Shown here one piece after another: positions 38,152 to 47,868 of a DNA stretch of 64,000 nt. Below the pieces are notes generated by a model, which was given only the letters and a program-made list of their open reading frames with translations, ran no database searches and was not told the DNA's origin. Position 1 is the first letter of the stretch, and every line of letters begins with the position of its first letter. Made by a program: the position numbers and the translations under genes. The DNA lies in assembly GCA_902611135.1 (NCBI GenBank), contig CACLYL010000001.1:13141-77140 (forward strand). Reading direction: 5' to 3'. The stretch is from an uncultured Fidelibacterota bacterium. Its GTDB lineage: Bacteria > Fidelibacterota > Marinisomatia > Marinisomatales > UBA1611.

Positions 38152-41100
38152 TTGATTAGAAATGATTACATCCGTTTGAATCGCTTGATAGCCACAATAG
38201 TTTTTCTAGTTTCTTTCATAGTTTATTATGATACAATGGCTCCCACCGTATCATATTGGGACTGTGGTGAATTCATTGCTGTATCTCACACTCTTGGAGT
38301 CCCTCACCCTCCAGGAAGTCCTTTTTTCTTGTTACTAGGAAGAATAGCTTCAATGTTGCCAATAACTGAAGATATAGCTTTCAGAGTTAATTTACTTTCG
38401 CCCATCTCAAGTGCATTTGCTGTAATGTTTTTGTACTTAGTGATTGTATTGCTAGTTGCTAATTGGAAGGGGGGAATAAAAAATTATCAAGATTCATTAG
38501 TTTCTTTTGGTGGAGGAGTAATTGGCTCGTTAACTTTTGCATTTACAGATAGTCACTGGTTCAACGCAGTTGAAGCAGAAGTGTATGCTTTTAGCACTTT
38601 TTTTACTGCAATAGTAGTATGGTTGATTTTGAAATGGCATGAGAAAGCCGATGAAATTGGGAATGAGAGATATATCTTAATAATTGCCTATATGATTGGT
38701 TTAGCTACGGGCCTTCACTTATTAAATCTATTGGCAATCCCTTTTATTGCCTTAATTATTTATTTTAAAAAGTATGAATTTAATTGGAAAACCTTTGGGT
38801 ATACAGTCATAATAACAGGAATAGTCTTTTTTCTAATACATAATGTTATTATAAAAGGGATGCCTAAAATTGCAGACTCTATTGGGGTATGGGGTGCAGC
38901 CTGCTTAGTATTATCAGTGTTTGTATTTATGATATGGGCAATCAAAAATCAAAAGTTAATACTTTCACTATCGTTGACTTCAATGGTATTAATTTTGATT
39001 GGATATAGTACATATGCACTAATATTCATCCGTTCAAATCAAGATCCAGGAATTGATGAAAATGACCCCGAGACCATTGAAGCATTCATATCATATTTAG
39101 AGAGAGAACAATATGGAGACGTTGGTATTTTGCCTAGGAGATTTAATGAAATACCTCCAATCCATGAAGTTGTAGGTTACCCAGAAGGCAAAAATCGTGA
39201 GTTTTCATCATCTCAAGAGGCCAAATATAGGAAATATGAATCGGGGAAACAGTTGAGTTACTTTTGGAATTATCAAGTAAAAAAAATGTATAACCGATAC
39301 TTTTTATGGCAATTTGCAGGTAGAGGGCCCTCTAAAGAATCTCATTTAAGGATGGGTGCTAATTCAAGAGAGGATGGCGTTGATTTAACTCAATTTGGTC
39401 TACCACTTGCTTTCATACTAGGGATTATAGGGATCTTATATCATGCGAGCAAAGATCAAAAGATGGCGTTTTCTGTACTATCACTCTTTATAATGACTGG
39501 TTATGCTATTATTATATATTTAAACCAAGATGATCCCCAGCCTAGAGAACGTGATTATTCTTATGTTGGTAGTTTCTTTGCTTTTGCTATTTGGGTGGGA
39601 CTTGGTTCTGTTGCTATAAGCGAAAAAGTAATTGAAAAAATAAAAAATATTGAACTAGCTAAAAGACTCGTCTTAATTCTGATAGTTTTACAACTGATCT
39701 TTGTCCCTTTTGTAATGGCCAAGGCAAATTATCATTCACATGATCGGTCTGGTAATTTTGTTGCCTGGGACTATAGTTATAACCTTTTACAGTCAGTGGG
39801 CCCGAATGGTGTTATTTTTACAAATGGAGATAATGATACTTTCCCACTTTGGTATCTACAGGAGGTTGAAAAGTTAAGAACAGATGTTGCTGTTGTTAAC
39901 TTAAGTCTATTGAATACTCCCTGGTATATTAAGCAATGGAGAGATAAAAGGGAAAAAGGGAAGGAGTTTATTACTCTTTCAGATTTTCAAATTGATGATT
40001 TAACATCAAAGTTAACCCGATGGGAAAAACAAAATGTTCAAATACCAGTAAAAAATGATCCACTAAATGAGGATGGTTATATTGAATGGGAAATGAAACC
40101 CACATATGGAGGTCAAGCACTTCGTGTCCAAGACATGATGATTATGAGAATAATTAATGATGCTAAATGGCGAATTCCAATATATTTTGCAGTTACGGTA
40201 TCACAACAAAATAGAATTGGCCTAGACCGTTACTTAGATATGCAAGGATTGACATTTCAATTAAAAAGTCATGAAACTGAACCAATTGATACAGAAAAAA
40301 TGTATGAAAATTTGATGACTGATGTCGGACCAAAAGATTGGTCTACCAATTTTAATCATGATGTGTTTTATAATGATGATACAGCAGGTTATTTAAACTG
40401 GTCAAAGAATTTTCAATCAGGCTATATGTTTAGAAATTTAGGCAATAAAAATGTTTACTTTAACGATCAAACAAAACGCTTGCTTCAGAATTATCGTAGT
40501 GCATACATGCAGCTTGCAGTTACTTACTATATGGATTATCAAAGAATAGATAGAAGGAAGAAAAATAGAGATGAAAATTTACTATCTTCATTGAAGACAA
40601 AAACGATCGATGTTTTAAAGAAAATGGAAGAAAACATTCCCAGCGAAACTATTCCTATTCAATCGGAAGATTTACATTATCAAGTAGCTAGGATATATGG
40701 AGACCTTGATGAAAAAAACTTAATGAAAGAAATTATTGAAGATCTTGTTGCAAGAAAAAATGGGAAGCCAGTAAATAGAGTTGAATACGCGAACACACTT
40801 TATCAAGAACTAAGTGATCCAGATAAAGCAATTGATATTCTAGAAGAAATGCGGAGCGAATTTCTACAAATAGAAAGTATCTTAAGTATAAAAGGTTTCG
40901 ATAAAAACTTTATATCACGAAGAAGATGGAATCAATGGCAAAAGGCCTATCCTGAAGTTGTTAATTCACTGGTTTATATATATAGAAAAAACGGCAGAAA
41001 TTTTGATGCTGAAATAGTTCTATCTGATTGGGTTTTGAGAAACCCCAAAGACACAAATGCTCAAGAAATACTTGAACAAATTCGTTCCGGTAAAAAGTAA
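38152..41100 (+). CDS. DUF2723 (TMEM260-like) GT-C fold glycosyltransferase with C-terminal helical-repeat domain
   Basis: 982 aa. The N-terminal motif YWDCGEFIAVSHTLGVPHPPGSPFF is characteristic of DUF2723. About 11 or more TM helices are followed by a large soluble C-terminal region with TPR-like repeats. SD GAGGT lies at 38142-38146, before TTG 38152. Confidence 0.7.
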   Translation: MIRNDYIRLNRLIATIVFLVSFIVYYDTMAPTVSYWDCGEFIAVSHTLGVPHPPGSPFFLLLGRIASMLPITEDIAFRVNLLSPISSAFAVMFLYLVIVLLVANWKGGIKNYQDSLVSFGGGVIGSLTFAFTDSHWFNAVEAEVYAFSTFFTAIVVWLILKWHEKADEIGNERYILIIAYMIGLATGLHLLNLLAIPFIALIIYFKKYEFNWKTFGYTVIITGIVFFLIHNVIIKGMPKIADSIGVWGAACLVLSVFVFMIWAIKNQKLILSLSLTSMVLILIGYSTYALIFIRSNQDPGIDENDPETIEAFISYLEREQYGDVGILPRRFNEIPPIHEVVGYPEGKNREFSSSQEAKYRKYESGKQLSYFWNYQVKKMYNRYFLWQFAGRGPSKESHLRMGANSREDGVDLTQFGLPLAFILGIIGILYHASKDQKMAFSVLSLFIMTGYAIIIYLNQDDPQPRERDYSYVGSFFAFAIWVGLGSVAISEKVIEKIKNIELAKRLVLILIVLQLIFVPFVMAKANYHSHDRSGNFVAWDYSYNLLQSVGPNGVIFTNGDNDTFPLWYLQEVEKLRTDVAVVNLSLLNTPWYIKQWRDKREKGKEFITLSDFQIDDLTSKLTRWEKQNVQIPVKNDPLNEDGYIEWEMKPTYGGQALRVQDMMIMRIINDAKWRIPIYFAVTVSQQNRIGLDRYLDMQGLTFQLKSHETEPIDTEKMYENLMTDVGPKDWSTNFNHDVFYNDDTAGYLNWSKNFQSGYMFRNLGNKNVYFNDQTKRLLQNYRSAYMQLAVTYYMDYQRIDRRKKNRDENLLSSLKTKTIDVLKKMEENIPSETIPIQSEDLHYQVARIYGDLDEKNLMKEIIEDLVARKNGKPVNRVEYANTLYQELSDPDKAIDILEEMRSEFLQIESILSIKGFDKNFISRRRWNQWQKAYPEVVNSLVYIYRKNGRNFDAEIVLSDWVLRNPKDTNAQEILEQIRSGKK

Positions 41101-41114
41101 TTGCTTTTAATGAT

Positions 41115-42164
41115 TTGGTAAAAGTAATTCCAAAAGTTTCAATAATTATTCCTCATTGGAATGGAATAGAAACTCTTTCAGAATGTTTGGATTCTATAAT
41201 CTGTAGCGATTTTAAATCTTATGAAGTTATTGTATCTGACAATAATTCCACTGATGGAAGTCAAGATTGGATAAGAAAGAATCATCCCGATGTAATATTA
41301 ATCGAAAATAAAAGTAATTACGGATATGCAGGAGGATGTAACAAAGGAGCTAAAATTGCAAAGGGCAATTACCTTTTGTTTTTGAATAATGATACTATTC
41401 AAGATTCAGGTTGGTTAGAACCAATGATTGAACTATTTGAAAAAGACAAAAAGATTGCTGCTGTTCAACCTAAAATACTGAACTATTATGATAAAAATAT
41501 TTTTGATTATGCAGGTGCTTGTGGCGGACACATTGATATTTTATCTTATCCTTTTGCCAGGGGGAGGATATTCCTGCGGCAAGAGGTAGATAAAGGGCAA
41601 TATAATAATGCTGAAGAATGCTTTTGGGCTTCCGGGGCAGCTATTATGATTAGGAAAAGTATCTTTTACTCATCTGGAGAATTTGATGAAACTTTTTTTT
41701 CTCACATGGAAGAGATCGATTTATGTTGGCGTTTTTATGCAATGGGATATAAAGTCTGGGTTGAACCGAAATCTGTTGTATATCATAAAAATGCTATATC
41801 ATTGCCAATGAATTCTCAAAAAAAATATTATTTAAATCATAGAAATTCACTCATTATGACACTTTCTAATTATACTCTCTTTCGATCGTTTTATTTAGGT
41901 TTAATTCGGATTACATTTGAGTTAGTATCAATTATTTATACTATTATAAAATTAGATTTTAGGCATACCTGGGGGATCATCAAGGCATTAGGATGGATTA
42001 TACTTCACCCAGTAAATATTCTAAAAAAGAGATCTAGGTTTAAAAGGATAAGAAAAGAAAAAGATGAATTAATTATGAAAAGTATGTTAAGAAGAAGCAT
42101 CGTTTTTGAACACTTTTTATTAAAAAAAGATAACTATTCAAAATTACTTTCTAAAGCTTGTTGA
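41115..42164 (+). CDS. family 2 glycosyltransferase with hydrophobic C-terminal segment
   Basis: VSIIIPHWNG, DNNSTDGS, GCNKGA, FLNNDT (DxD-like) and FFSHMEEIDLCWR. Residues about 250-300 are hydrophobic (LIMTLSNYTLFRSFYLGLIRITFELVSIIYTII). Confidence 0.85.
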   Translation: MVKVIPKVSIIIPHWNGIETLSECLDSIICSDFKSYEVIVSDNNSTDGSQDWIRKNHPDVILIENKSNYGYAGGCNKGAKIAKGNYLLFLNNDTIQDSGWLEPMIELFEKDKKIAAVQPKILNYYDKNIFDYAGACGGHIDILSYPFARGRIFLRQEVDKGQYNNAEECFWASGAAIMIRKSIFYSSGEFDETFFSHMEEIDLCWRFYAMGYKVWVEPKSVVYHKNAISLPMNSQKKYYLNHRNSLIMTLSNYTLFRSFYLGLIRITFELVSIIYTIIKLDFRHTWGIIKALGWIILHPVNILKKRSRFKRIRKEKDELIMKSMLRRSIVFEHFLLKKDNYSKLLSKAC

Positions 42165-42976
42165 TAGATTTCTCTTCTGTCTGGATCAAGTTCTTTCATA
42201 TCCTTTAATAATTCAGGTTGATTAAGATCTGTTAAAAGAGAAACTATCTTTTCACAGTTTGCTTTTAAAAAAAATTGAGTATTAAAATCTCTTCCAAGGT
42301 CTCGATAGGATTCTTCAACACCATCTAGCATTAGATTAACTTCTTCAAGAGCACCTCCCATATCTCTTTCTTTAAACATATCTAAAGCTATATACCATGC
42401 TAATCTTGCTTTTCTAAGTCCATTATTTCTGTCGAGGTTATCCACAAGAGTAATACGAGAACTCCAACCTTTTTTAAAATCAGAAGAAGAACCTCTTAAG
42501 GCCAGGTCTCTAGCCAGTTCATATGATGTGTTCCCCCCCTTGAATTCATAAGTGTCAATAGTCCCTGCAACGATAAGATGTCCATAAAAAGCTAAAAACC
42601 CTGATAGTGGTTCAAAAATTACAGGGTCATAGTATAGACTGGTTCCAGAATTGTAATAAAATTGAACACTTTTATCAAAAAATCGGATATCACCGCCGTT
42701 TGAAAATAAGGCTTGGCAAGAAAAGATAGACTGATTCCCTTTTTCAGTTAACCCCTCAAATACTATTTGTATATGAAGAGGAATTGATAAATCGTTATAA
42801 GTATCATCCCATTCTGTTGAAGAAAAAAAATGTTTAATGTCATTTTTTAAATTAAAAACAACTTGTTTTTCATCGCTTCGAAGTAATTTATCATCGATAG
42901 TAACTTTAATATTTCCAAATTGACAGAAGCAAAAAGTTGTAAAACATAAATTAATTATTTGGATTCTTAGTCTCAT
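42134..42976 (-). CDS. DUF4835-like protein (PorD-type, type IX secretion associated family)
   Basis: 280 aa with a signal peptide. It begins KVTIDDKLLRSDEKQVVFNLKNDIKHFFSSTEWDD, resembling DUF4835 N-termini. This is from memory and is not verified. Confidence 0.45.
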   Translation of the reverse strand: MRLRIQIINLCFTTFCFCQFGNIKVTIDDKLLRSDEKQVVFNLKNDIKHFFSSTEWDDTYNDLSIPLHIQIVFEGLTEKGNQSIFSCQALFSNGGDIRFFDKSVQFYYNSGTSLYYDPVIFEPLSGFLAFYGHLIVAGTIDTYEFKGGNTSYELARDLALRGSSSDFKKGWSSRITLVDNLDRNNGLRKARLAWYIALDMFKERDMGGALEEVNLMLDGVEESYRDLGRDFNTQFFLKANCEKIVSLLTDLNQPELLKDMKELDPDRREIYQQALESNFE

Positions 42977-43082
42977 TAATATACCCTATAATATGCATAA
43001 AATATTATATTTTTGGAAATTTTAAAAAAAATAATTTAAACATAGTAATTTAAACGCCCTAATAGTCAAAAGTTTTAGTTAA

Positions 43083-44504
43083 ATGGTCAATATAAAAAGT
43101 TTTTTAGAATCTCCTGATTATAAAGAAATTAAATCTATCTTAAAAATTTCAGGTGAATTGGGTCAAATAGAAGGAGTTGATGTCTTTGCTGTTGGTGGTA
43201 TTGTAAGAGATCTAATTATGGGCGTAAAATCGAATGATATAGATATTATGGTTGTAGGCGATGGTATTAATTTTGCAAAAAAAATTGCAAACAAATTGAA
43301 GAGAAAAAAAGTAGTTGAATTTTCAAAATTTAAAACAGCCATTATTCCAAATGGGAATATACAAGTAGAGGTTGCTAGCGCTAGAAAAGAAGTTTATAAA
43401 AACAGTTCTAGAAAGCCCACAAAAGTTATCCTCTCTGATTTAGAGGGGGATTTGATTAGAAGAGATTTCACAATTAATGCAATGGCTATAAAGCTCCATC
43501 CTGATAATTTTGGAGAACTTATTGACCTTTTTGGAGGGATCAGAGATATTAAATCTAAAAAGTTAAAAACACCTTTAGACCCTGATGAAACATTTTCTGA
43601 AGATCCCTTGAGGATGATAAGGGCAGCATATTTTATATCAAAACTTGGATTTAAAATTGATAATAATTGTTTGATCTCAATTAAAAGACAAGCATCAAGA
43701 ATAGATATTGTATCCTGGGAAAGGATAAGAGATGAATTTATAAAAATCTTAAAAACTGAAAAACCATCTATTGGATTAATACTTCTCCAAAAAACAGGAC
43801 TGATGAAGATAGTTTTTCCAGAAATAGACAGGATGTATGGTATTGAACAGACCAAAGAGTGGCACCATAAAGATATATTTGCACATACTTTACAAGTTGT
43901 TGATAATTCAGCAAAATTATCGAACAAAATGAAAATAAGATTTGCGGCATTAGTTCATGATATCGCCAAACCAAATACTAGAAGAATTGATAAAAAGAAA
44001 GGATATACATTTCATGGGCATGATGCTATTGGTGAGAGAATGTTAAATAAAGTTTCGAAAAGAATGAAACTTTCAAATAACCTTACGCATTATTTAAAAA
44101 AGTTAACGCGGTTGCATTTAAGACCGATTGCATTAGTTAAAGATTCTGTTACAGATTCTGCAATTCGAAGATTAATTGTCTCAAGTGGCGATGATCTTGA
44201 AGATTTAATGACTCTTTGTAGAGCGGATATAACAACTAAAAATCCAAAGAAAGTTAATCGTTATTTAAAAAATTTTGACTTAGTAGAAAAAAGAATAAAA
44301 AAAGTTATTGAAGTTGATGAACAGAGATTATTTCAATCTCCAATAAAAGGCAATGAGATTATGAAATTATGTGGTCTGCCTGAAGGAAGAAAAGTTGGTA
44401 AAATAAAAAGAGCAATTGAAGATGCTATTTTAGATGGGAAAATTGAAAATGATTATGATTCTAGTTTAGAATATTTGAATCAAATTAAAAAAAATTATAT
44501 ATAG
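43083..44504 (+). CDS. cca: CCA-adding enzyme / poly(A) polymerase family nucleotidyltransferase with HD domain
   Basis: Head-domain motifs GGIVRDLIMG...NDIDIMV and RRDFTINAMA. HD domain HHKDIFAHTL...LVHDIAKP. Confidence 0.85.
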   Translation: MVNIKSFLESPDYKEIKSILKISGELGQIEGVDVFAVGGIVRDLIMGVKSNDIDIMVVGDGINFAKKIANKLKRKKVVEFSKFKTAIIPNGNIQVEVASARKEVYKNSSRKPTKVILSDLEGDLIRRDFTINAMAIKLHPDNFGELIDLFGGIRDIKSKKLKTPLDPDETFSEDPLRMIRAAYFISKLGFKIDNNCLISIKRQASRIDIVSWERIRDEFIKILKTEKPSIGLILLQKTGLMKIVFPEIDRMYGIEQTKEWHHKDIFAHTLQVVDNSAKLSNKMKIRFAALVHDIAKPNTRRIDKKKGYTFHGHDAIGERMLNKVSKRMKLSNNLTHYLKKLTRLHLRPIALVKDSVTDSAIRRLIVSSGDDLEDLMTLCRADITTKNPKKVNRYLKNFDLVEKRIKKVIEVDEQRLFQSPIKGNEIMKLCGLPEGRKVGKIKRAIEDAILDGKIENDYDSSLEYLNQIKKNYI

Positions 44505-44543
44505 ATTTATAGCTAAATTTAAGTGAGGAGGATTTAAAAAATT

Positions 44544-45887
44544 TTGGGTAGAACTTTAATATTTTTTACAGCTGTTGCTATTTCTTTTTGTCAAAGTTAT
44601 AGTCTAAACGATTGTGTTAATGTTGCTTTAGAAAATAAGAGAACGATTCTATCAGCTACTTTAGGAATTAAATCTGCAAAAAAGGGTTTCAGTGGTTCAT
44701 TTAATAATGTTCTACCGAGTATTAGTTTTAATGCTAATAATTCAAGAACTAACTTTCCCGAACGAACATCAATTTCAGGAATTAATGTAAATTTAAGTGA
44801 ATTTTCATTAGATACCACTTATAATAAAGCTGATCATTATAGTAGTGTTTCAACTGGTTTGTCGCTGAGTCAAATATTATACAATGGCGGAAGGAATCTT
44901 AACCAAATTAGGCGAGCTAAACTAAATTTAGAAAAGGCAAAATTGAATGAAAGATTAATTAAAATTCAAGTAATTCAGAGAGTTATTCGATCTTATTACA
45001 ATCTCTTTCAAGCTCAAGAGTTATTTGACGTCGCAGATAAAAATTTAGAAATGTCAAATCAACAAGTTGAATTAGTTGAAAAACAATTTAAACTAGGTGC
45101 CGTTAAAAAAACTGACCTTTTAAAGGCTCAAGTAGCTCAGGGGCAAGCAAAAGTAGACTTACTGAATAAAAAGACTAGTCTGGCAAACTCTAGAAGAGTT
45201 TTATTTAATGATATGGGACTTCAAGATTCTGGACAAGAAATATCAGTATCAGAAGAAAAATGGACTCTTAAAACTATACCTTCAAGCAGTGAGTTGTTTA
45301 ATGGTTTAAAAGATCGCAATCCAAGTCTCTTGATATCAGAAAAACAAACTGAGTTGACAAATTATAATTATAAACTAATCAAGGGGCTTAGGTTCCCATC
45401 GATTAATTCATCAATAAATTATTCTGCAAATTCATCAGAGCTAAGTTCAATTAGCGATGCGATTAGGGATGATTGGTCATTAGGCATAAATTTTTCAATA
45501 TCTATTCCAATATATACGGGCAATAGCTTATTAATGCAGCAACAGCAAGCAGAAATTTCAATCGATCAAGCGGAATATGGTTACATTACACTGCTTAATG
45601 ATCTTAGGGTGCAAGCAGAATTAATCAGGGAATCATTAGAAAATTATTCAGAAATAATTCCTATTAATGAATCAGTTGTTAATTCAGCAGAAGAAGACTT
45701 AAAATTAGTCAGAGAGCGATATAGTCTAGGCTCAGCAACTATTTTAGAAGTATTAGATGCTCAAATTTCACTGTTTCGTTCTAATTCAGCGTTAATTAAT
45801 TCAATTCATAATGCGAGGATTCAAGAAGCAAATCTCAAAGCTATAATTGGATCTTTAGACTTGGAATATAAAGTTAAAGAAAATTAA
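44544..45887 (+). CDS. TolC-family outer membrane efflux protein
   Basis: 447 aa with a signal peptide and two repeated OEP halves (LSLNDCVNVALENKRTILSA ...). GAGGAGG lies upstream and the start is TTG. Confidence 0.85.
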   Translation: MGRTLIFFTAVAISFCQSYSLNDCVNVALENKRTILSATLGIKSAKKGFSGSFNNVLPSISFNANNSRTNFPERTSISGINVNLSEFSLDTTYNKADHYSSVSTGLSLSQILYNGGRNLNQIRRAKLNLEKAKLNERLIKIQVIQRVIRSYYNLFQAQELFDVADKNLEMSNQQVELVEKQFKLGAVKKTDLLKAQVAQGQAKVDLLNKKTSLANSRRVLFNDMGLQDSGQEISVSEEKWTLKTIPSSSELFNGLKDRNPSLLISEKQTELTNYNYKLIKGLRFPSINSSINYSANSSELSSISDAIRDDWSLGINFSISIPIYTGNSLLMQQQQAEISIDQAEYGYITLLNDLRVQAELIRESLENYSEIIPINESVVNSAEEDLKLVRERYSLGSATILEVLDAQISLFRSNSALINSIHNARIQEANLKAIIGSLDLEYKVKEN

Positions 45888-45888
45888 A

Positions 45889-47112
45889 ATGATAAAGTTA
45901 TTAAAAAAGAAAAAAGTATGGATACCAATTTCAATCAGTATAATTATAGCAGGTTGGTATTTTATATTTAAATCGGATTCTGAAAAAGTAATTTATGTTG
46001 ATGCTGAAAAGGTTGAGTTAAGAAATATTGTACAAAAAGTAAATGCAAGTGGCAAAATTCAACCTGAAGAAGCAGTACAAATTACATCTACAATAACAGG
46101 CTGGATAACGGAAATAACAGTAGTGGAGGGAGATACAGTTAAGCCAGGCCAGCATTTAATAAGCATTGATGAAAAGCAGATTCGACCTACTTATAACAAT
46201 GCAGTATCTCAGGTAAAATCGTCTGAGGCTAATTTGAAAAAAGTAAAAGCTCAAATGGATAGAACAATCTCTCTTTTTTCTGAAAAATTAATTTCGCAAC
46301 AGGAACTGGAGCAGATAGAAGCATCTTATCAAATAGCTACAAGTCAGGCAGAGCAGTCAAAAGCAAATTTATTATCAGCTCAGGACCAACTCTCAAAAAC
46401 TCGTCTTACAGCTCCAAAATATGGCATTGTGATAAGTATAACAAAGGAAGAAGGAGAAATGGCAGTTGGTGGAATGTTTAATCCTGGAGTTTTAATGACC
46501 GTAGCAGATTTGAGTAGGATGGAGGTAGAAGTAGATGTGAATGAAAATGATGTAGTAAATATTGAAGTTGGAGATACTACAGAAATTGAAATAGATGCTT
46601 ATCCAGATACAACTTTTTATGGTCTTGTTAGCGAAATAGCACACTCTGCGTTATCTCTTAATATGGGCTCTCAGCAACAAGTAACTAACTTCAAAGTAAA
46701 AGTTAAAATGTTATCTGTACCCGATAAGATACGACCAGGTATGAGTAGTACAGTTAATATTATAACAAAAACTATTAAAAATATAACATCTATTCCAATT
46801 CAATCTCTTACTTCAAGGTTAGATAATTATGATGATGAAAGTGGAGGCGCTAAGGATGGTGGCAATAAATTACAAAAAACAAATCCGATCGATATAATAT
46901 TTGTTCTTGTGGATGAATTTAAAGATTTAAAAGCTCCAGAAAATAAAAAATATGCCGTTATTAAACCTATTGAAGTAGGCATATCAGGTGAAAATTATTA
47001 TTCGGTTAATTCAGGCGTAAAAGTAGATGATATCATAGTAACTGGGGGATATCGATTAATAAGCAAAGATCTTAGTCATGGTGACCTAGTATCTTTAAAA
47101 AATGATATCTAA
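45889..47112 (+). CDS. efflux periplasmic adaptor (MacA/HlyD family)
   Basis: N-terminal TM, a lipoyl-like motif (VVEGDTVKPGQHLISID), a coiled-coil hairpin and beta-barrel domains. Confidence 0.85.
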   Translation: MIKLLKKKKVWIPISISIIIAGWYFIFKSDSEKVIYVDAEKVELRNIVQKVNASGKIQPEEAVQITSTITGWITEITVVEGDTVKPGQHLISIDEKQIRPTYNNAVSQVKSSEANLKKVKAQMDRTISLFSEKLISQQELEQIEASYQIATSQAEQSKANLLSAQDQLSKTRLTAPKYGIVISITKEEGEMAVGGMFNPGVLMTVADLSRMEVEVDVNENDVVNIEVGDTTEIEIDAYPDTTFYGLVSEIAHSALSLNMGSQQQVTNFKVKVKMLSVPDKIRPGMSSTVNIITKTIKNITSIPIQSLTSRLDNYDDESGGAKDGGNKLQKTNPIDIIFVLVDEFKDLKAPENKKYAVIKPIEVGISGENYYSVNSGVKVDDIIVTGGYRLISKDLSHGDLVSLKNDI

Positions 47113-47179
47113 AAACAAGCAGAAAATATAGAAGACTTAAAAGGGTTAAATGTGGTAAAAATATTATGAGGTCCGGCTT

Positions 47180-47866
47180 TTGACTTTAATCTCATTAAAG
47201 AGTATTTATAAGATTTATAATGTCGGGGGTGAAGAAGTTAGAGCACTCGATGGAGTAGGTTTAGAAATAAAGGAAAATGAATATTTAGCTATAATGGGTC
47301 CATCAGGATCAGGAAAGTCAACCATGATGAATATGATCGGATGTTTAGATACACCTACTTCGGGCTTTTATCAATTCGAAGGTGAAATGGTTAATGAAAT
47401 GGATGATGACCAATTAGCATCCATTAGAAATAGAAAAATAGGCTTCATTTTTCAAACTTTTAATCTTTTACCTAAAGCGACCTCTCAACATAACGTTGAA
47501 ATCCCTCTCATTTATGCTAATATACGAAAAAATAAAAGAACTGAGTTAGCTATGGAAGCTTTAAATAGTGTCGGTTTATCTGATCGAATGCATCATAAAC
47601 CAAATGAATTATCGGGTGGGCAAAGACAGAGGGTTGCAATAGCTAGGGCATTGGTAAATAGTCCATCCATTATTCTTGCTGATGAACCTACGGGTAATCT
47701 GGATTCTAAAAGTGGACATGAAATAATGGTTATATTAGATAAGTTGCATAAAGCAGGTAATACTATAATCCTTGTTACGCACGAAGATGAAATTGCCCAG
47801 CATGCTCATCGTATTATACGATTATTTGATGGAAAAATAATCGAAGATTCTGAAATAAAAAAGTAA
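47180..47866 (+). CDS. ABC transporter ATP-binding protein (MacB-type)
   Basis: Walker [10 protein letters not shown], signature LSGGQRQR and Walker [15 protein letters not shown] start. Confidence 0.9.
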   Translation: MTLISLKSIYKIYNVGGEEVRALDGVGLEIKENEYLAIMGPSGSGKSTMMNMIGCLDTPTSGFYQFEGEMVNEMDDDQLASIRNRKIGFIFQTFNLLPKATSQHNVEIPLIYANIRKNKRTELAMEALNSVGLSDRMHHKPNELSGGQRQRVAIARALVNSPSIILADEPTGNLDSKSGHEIMVILDKLHKAGNTIILVTHEDEIAQHAHRIIRLFDGKIIEDSEIKK

Positions 47867-47868
47867 TA

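Noticed and set aside
43394-43927. 177-aa antisense ORF inside cca. Similar antisense ORFs occur at 49658-50113, 22575-22976, 61655-62038, 60094-60432, 21477-21761 and 32279-32575.
   Set aside because: All are fully nested opposite well-supported conserved genes. They encode S/I/F/L-rich low-complexity sequence and lack SD motifs. These are typical shadow frames in AT-rich DNA.
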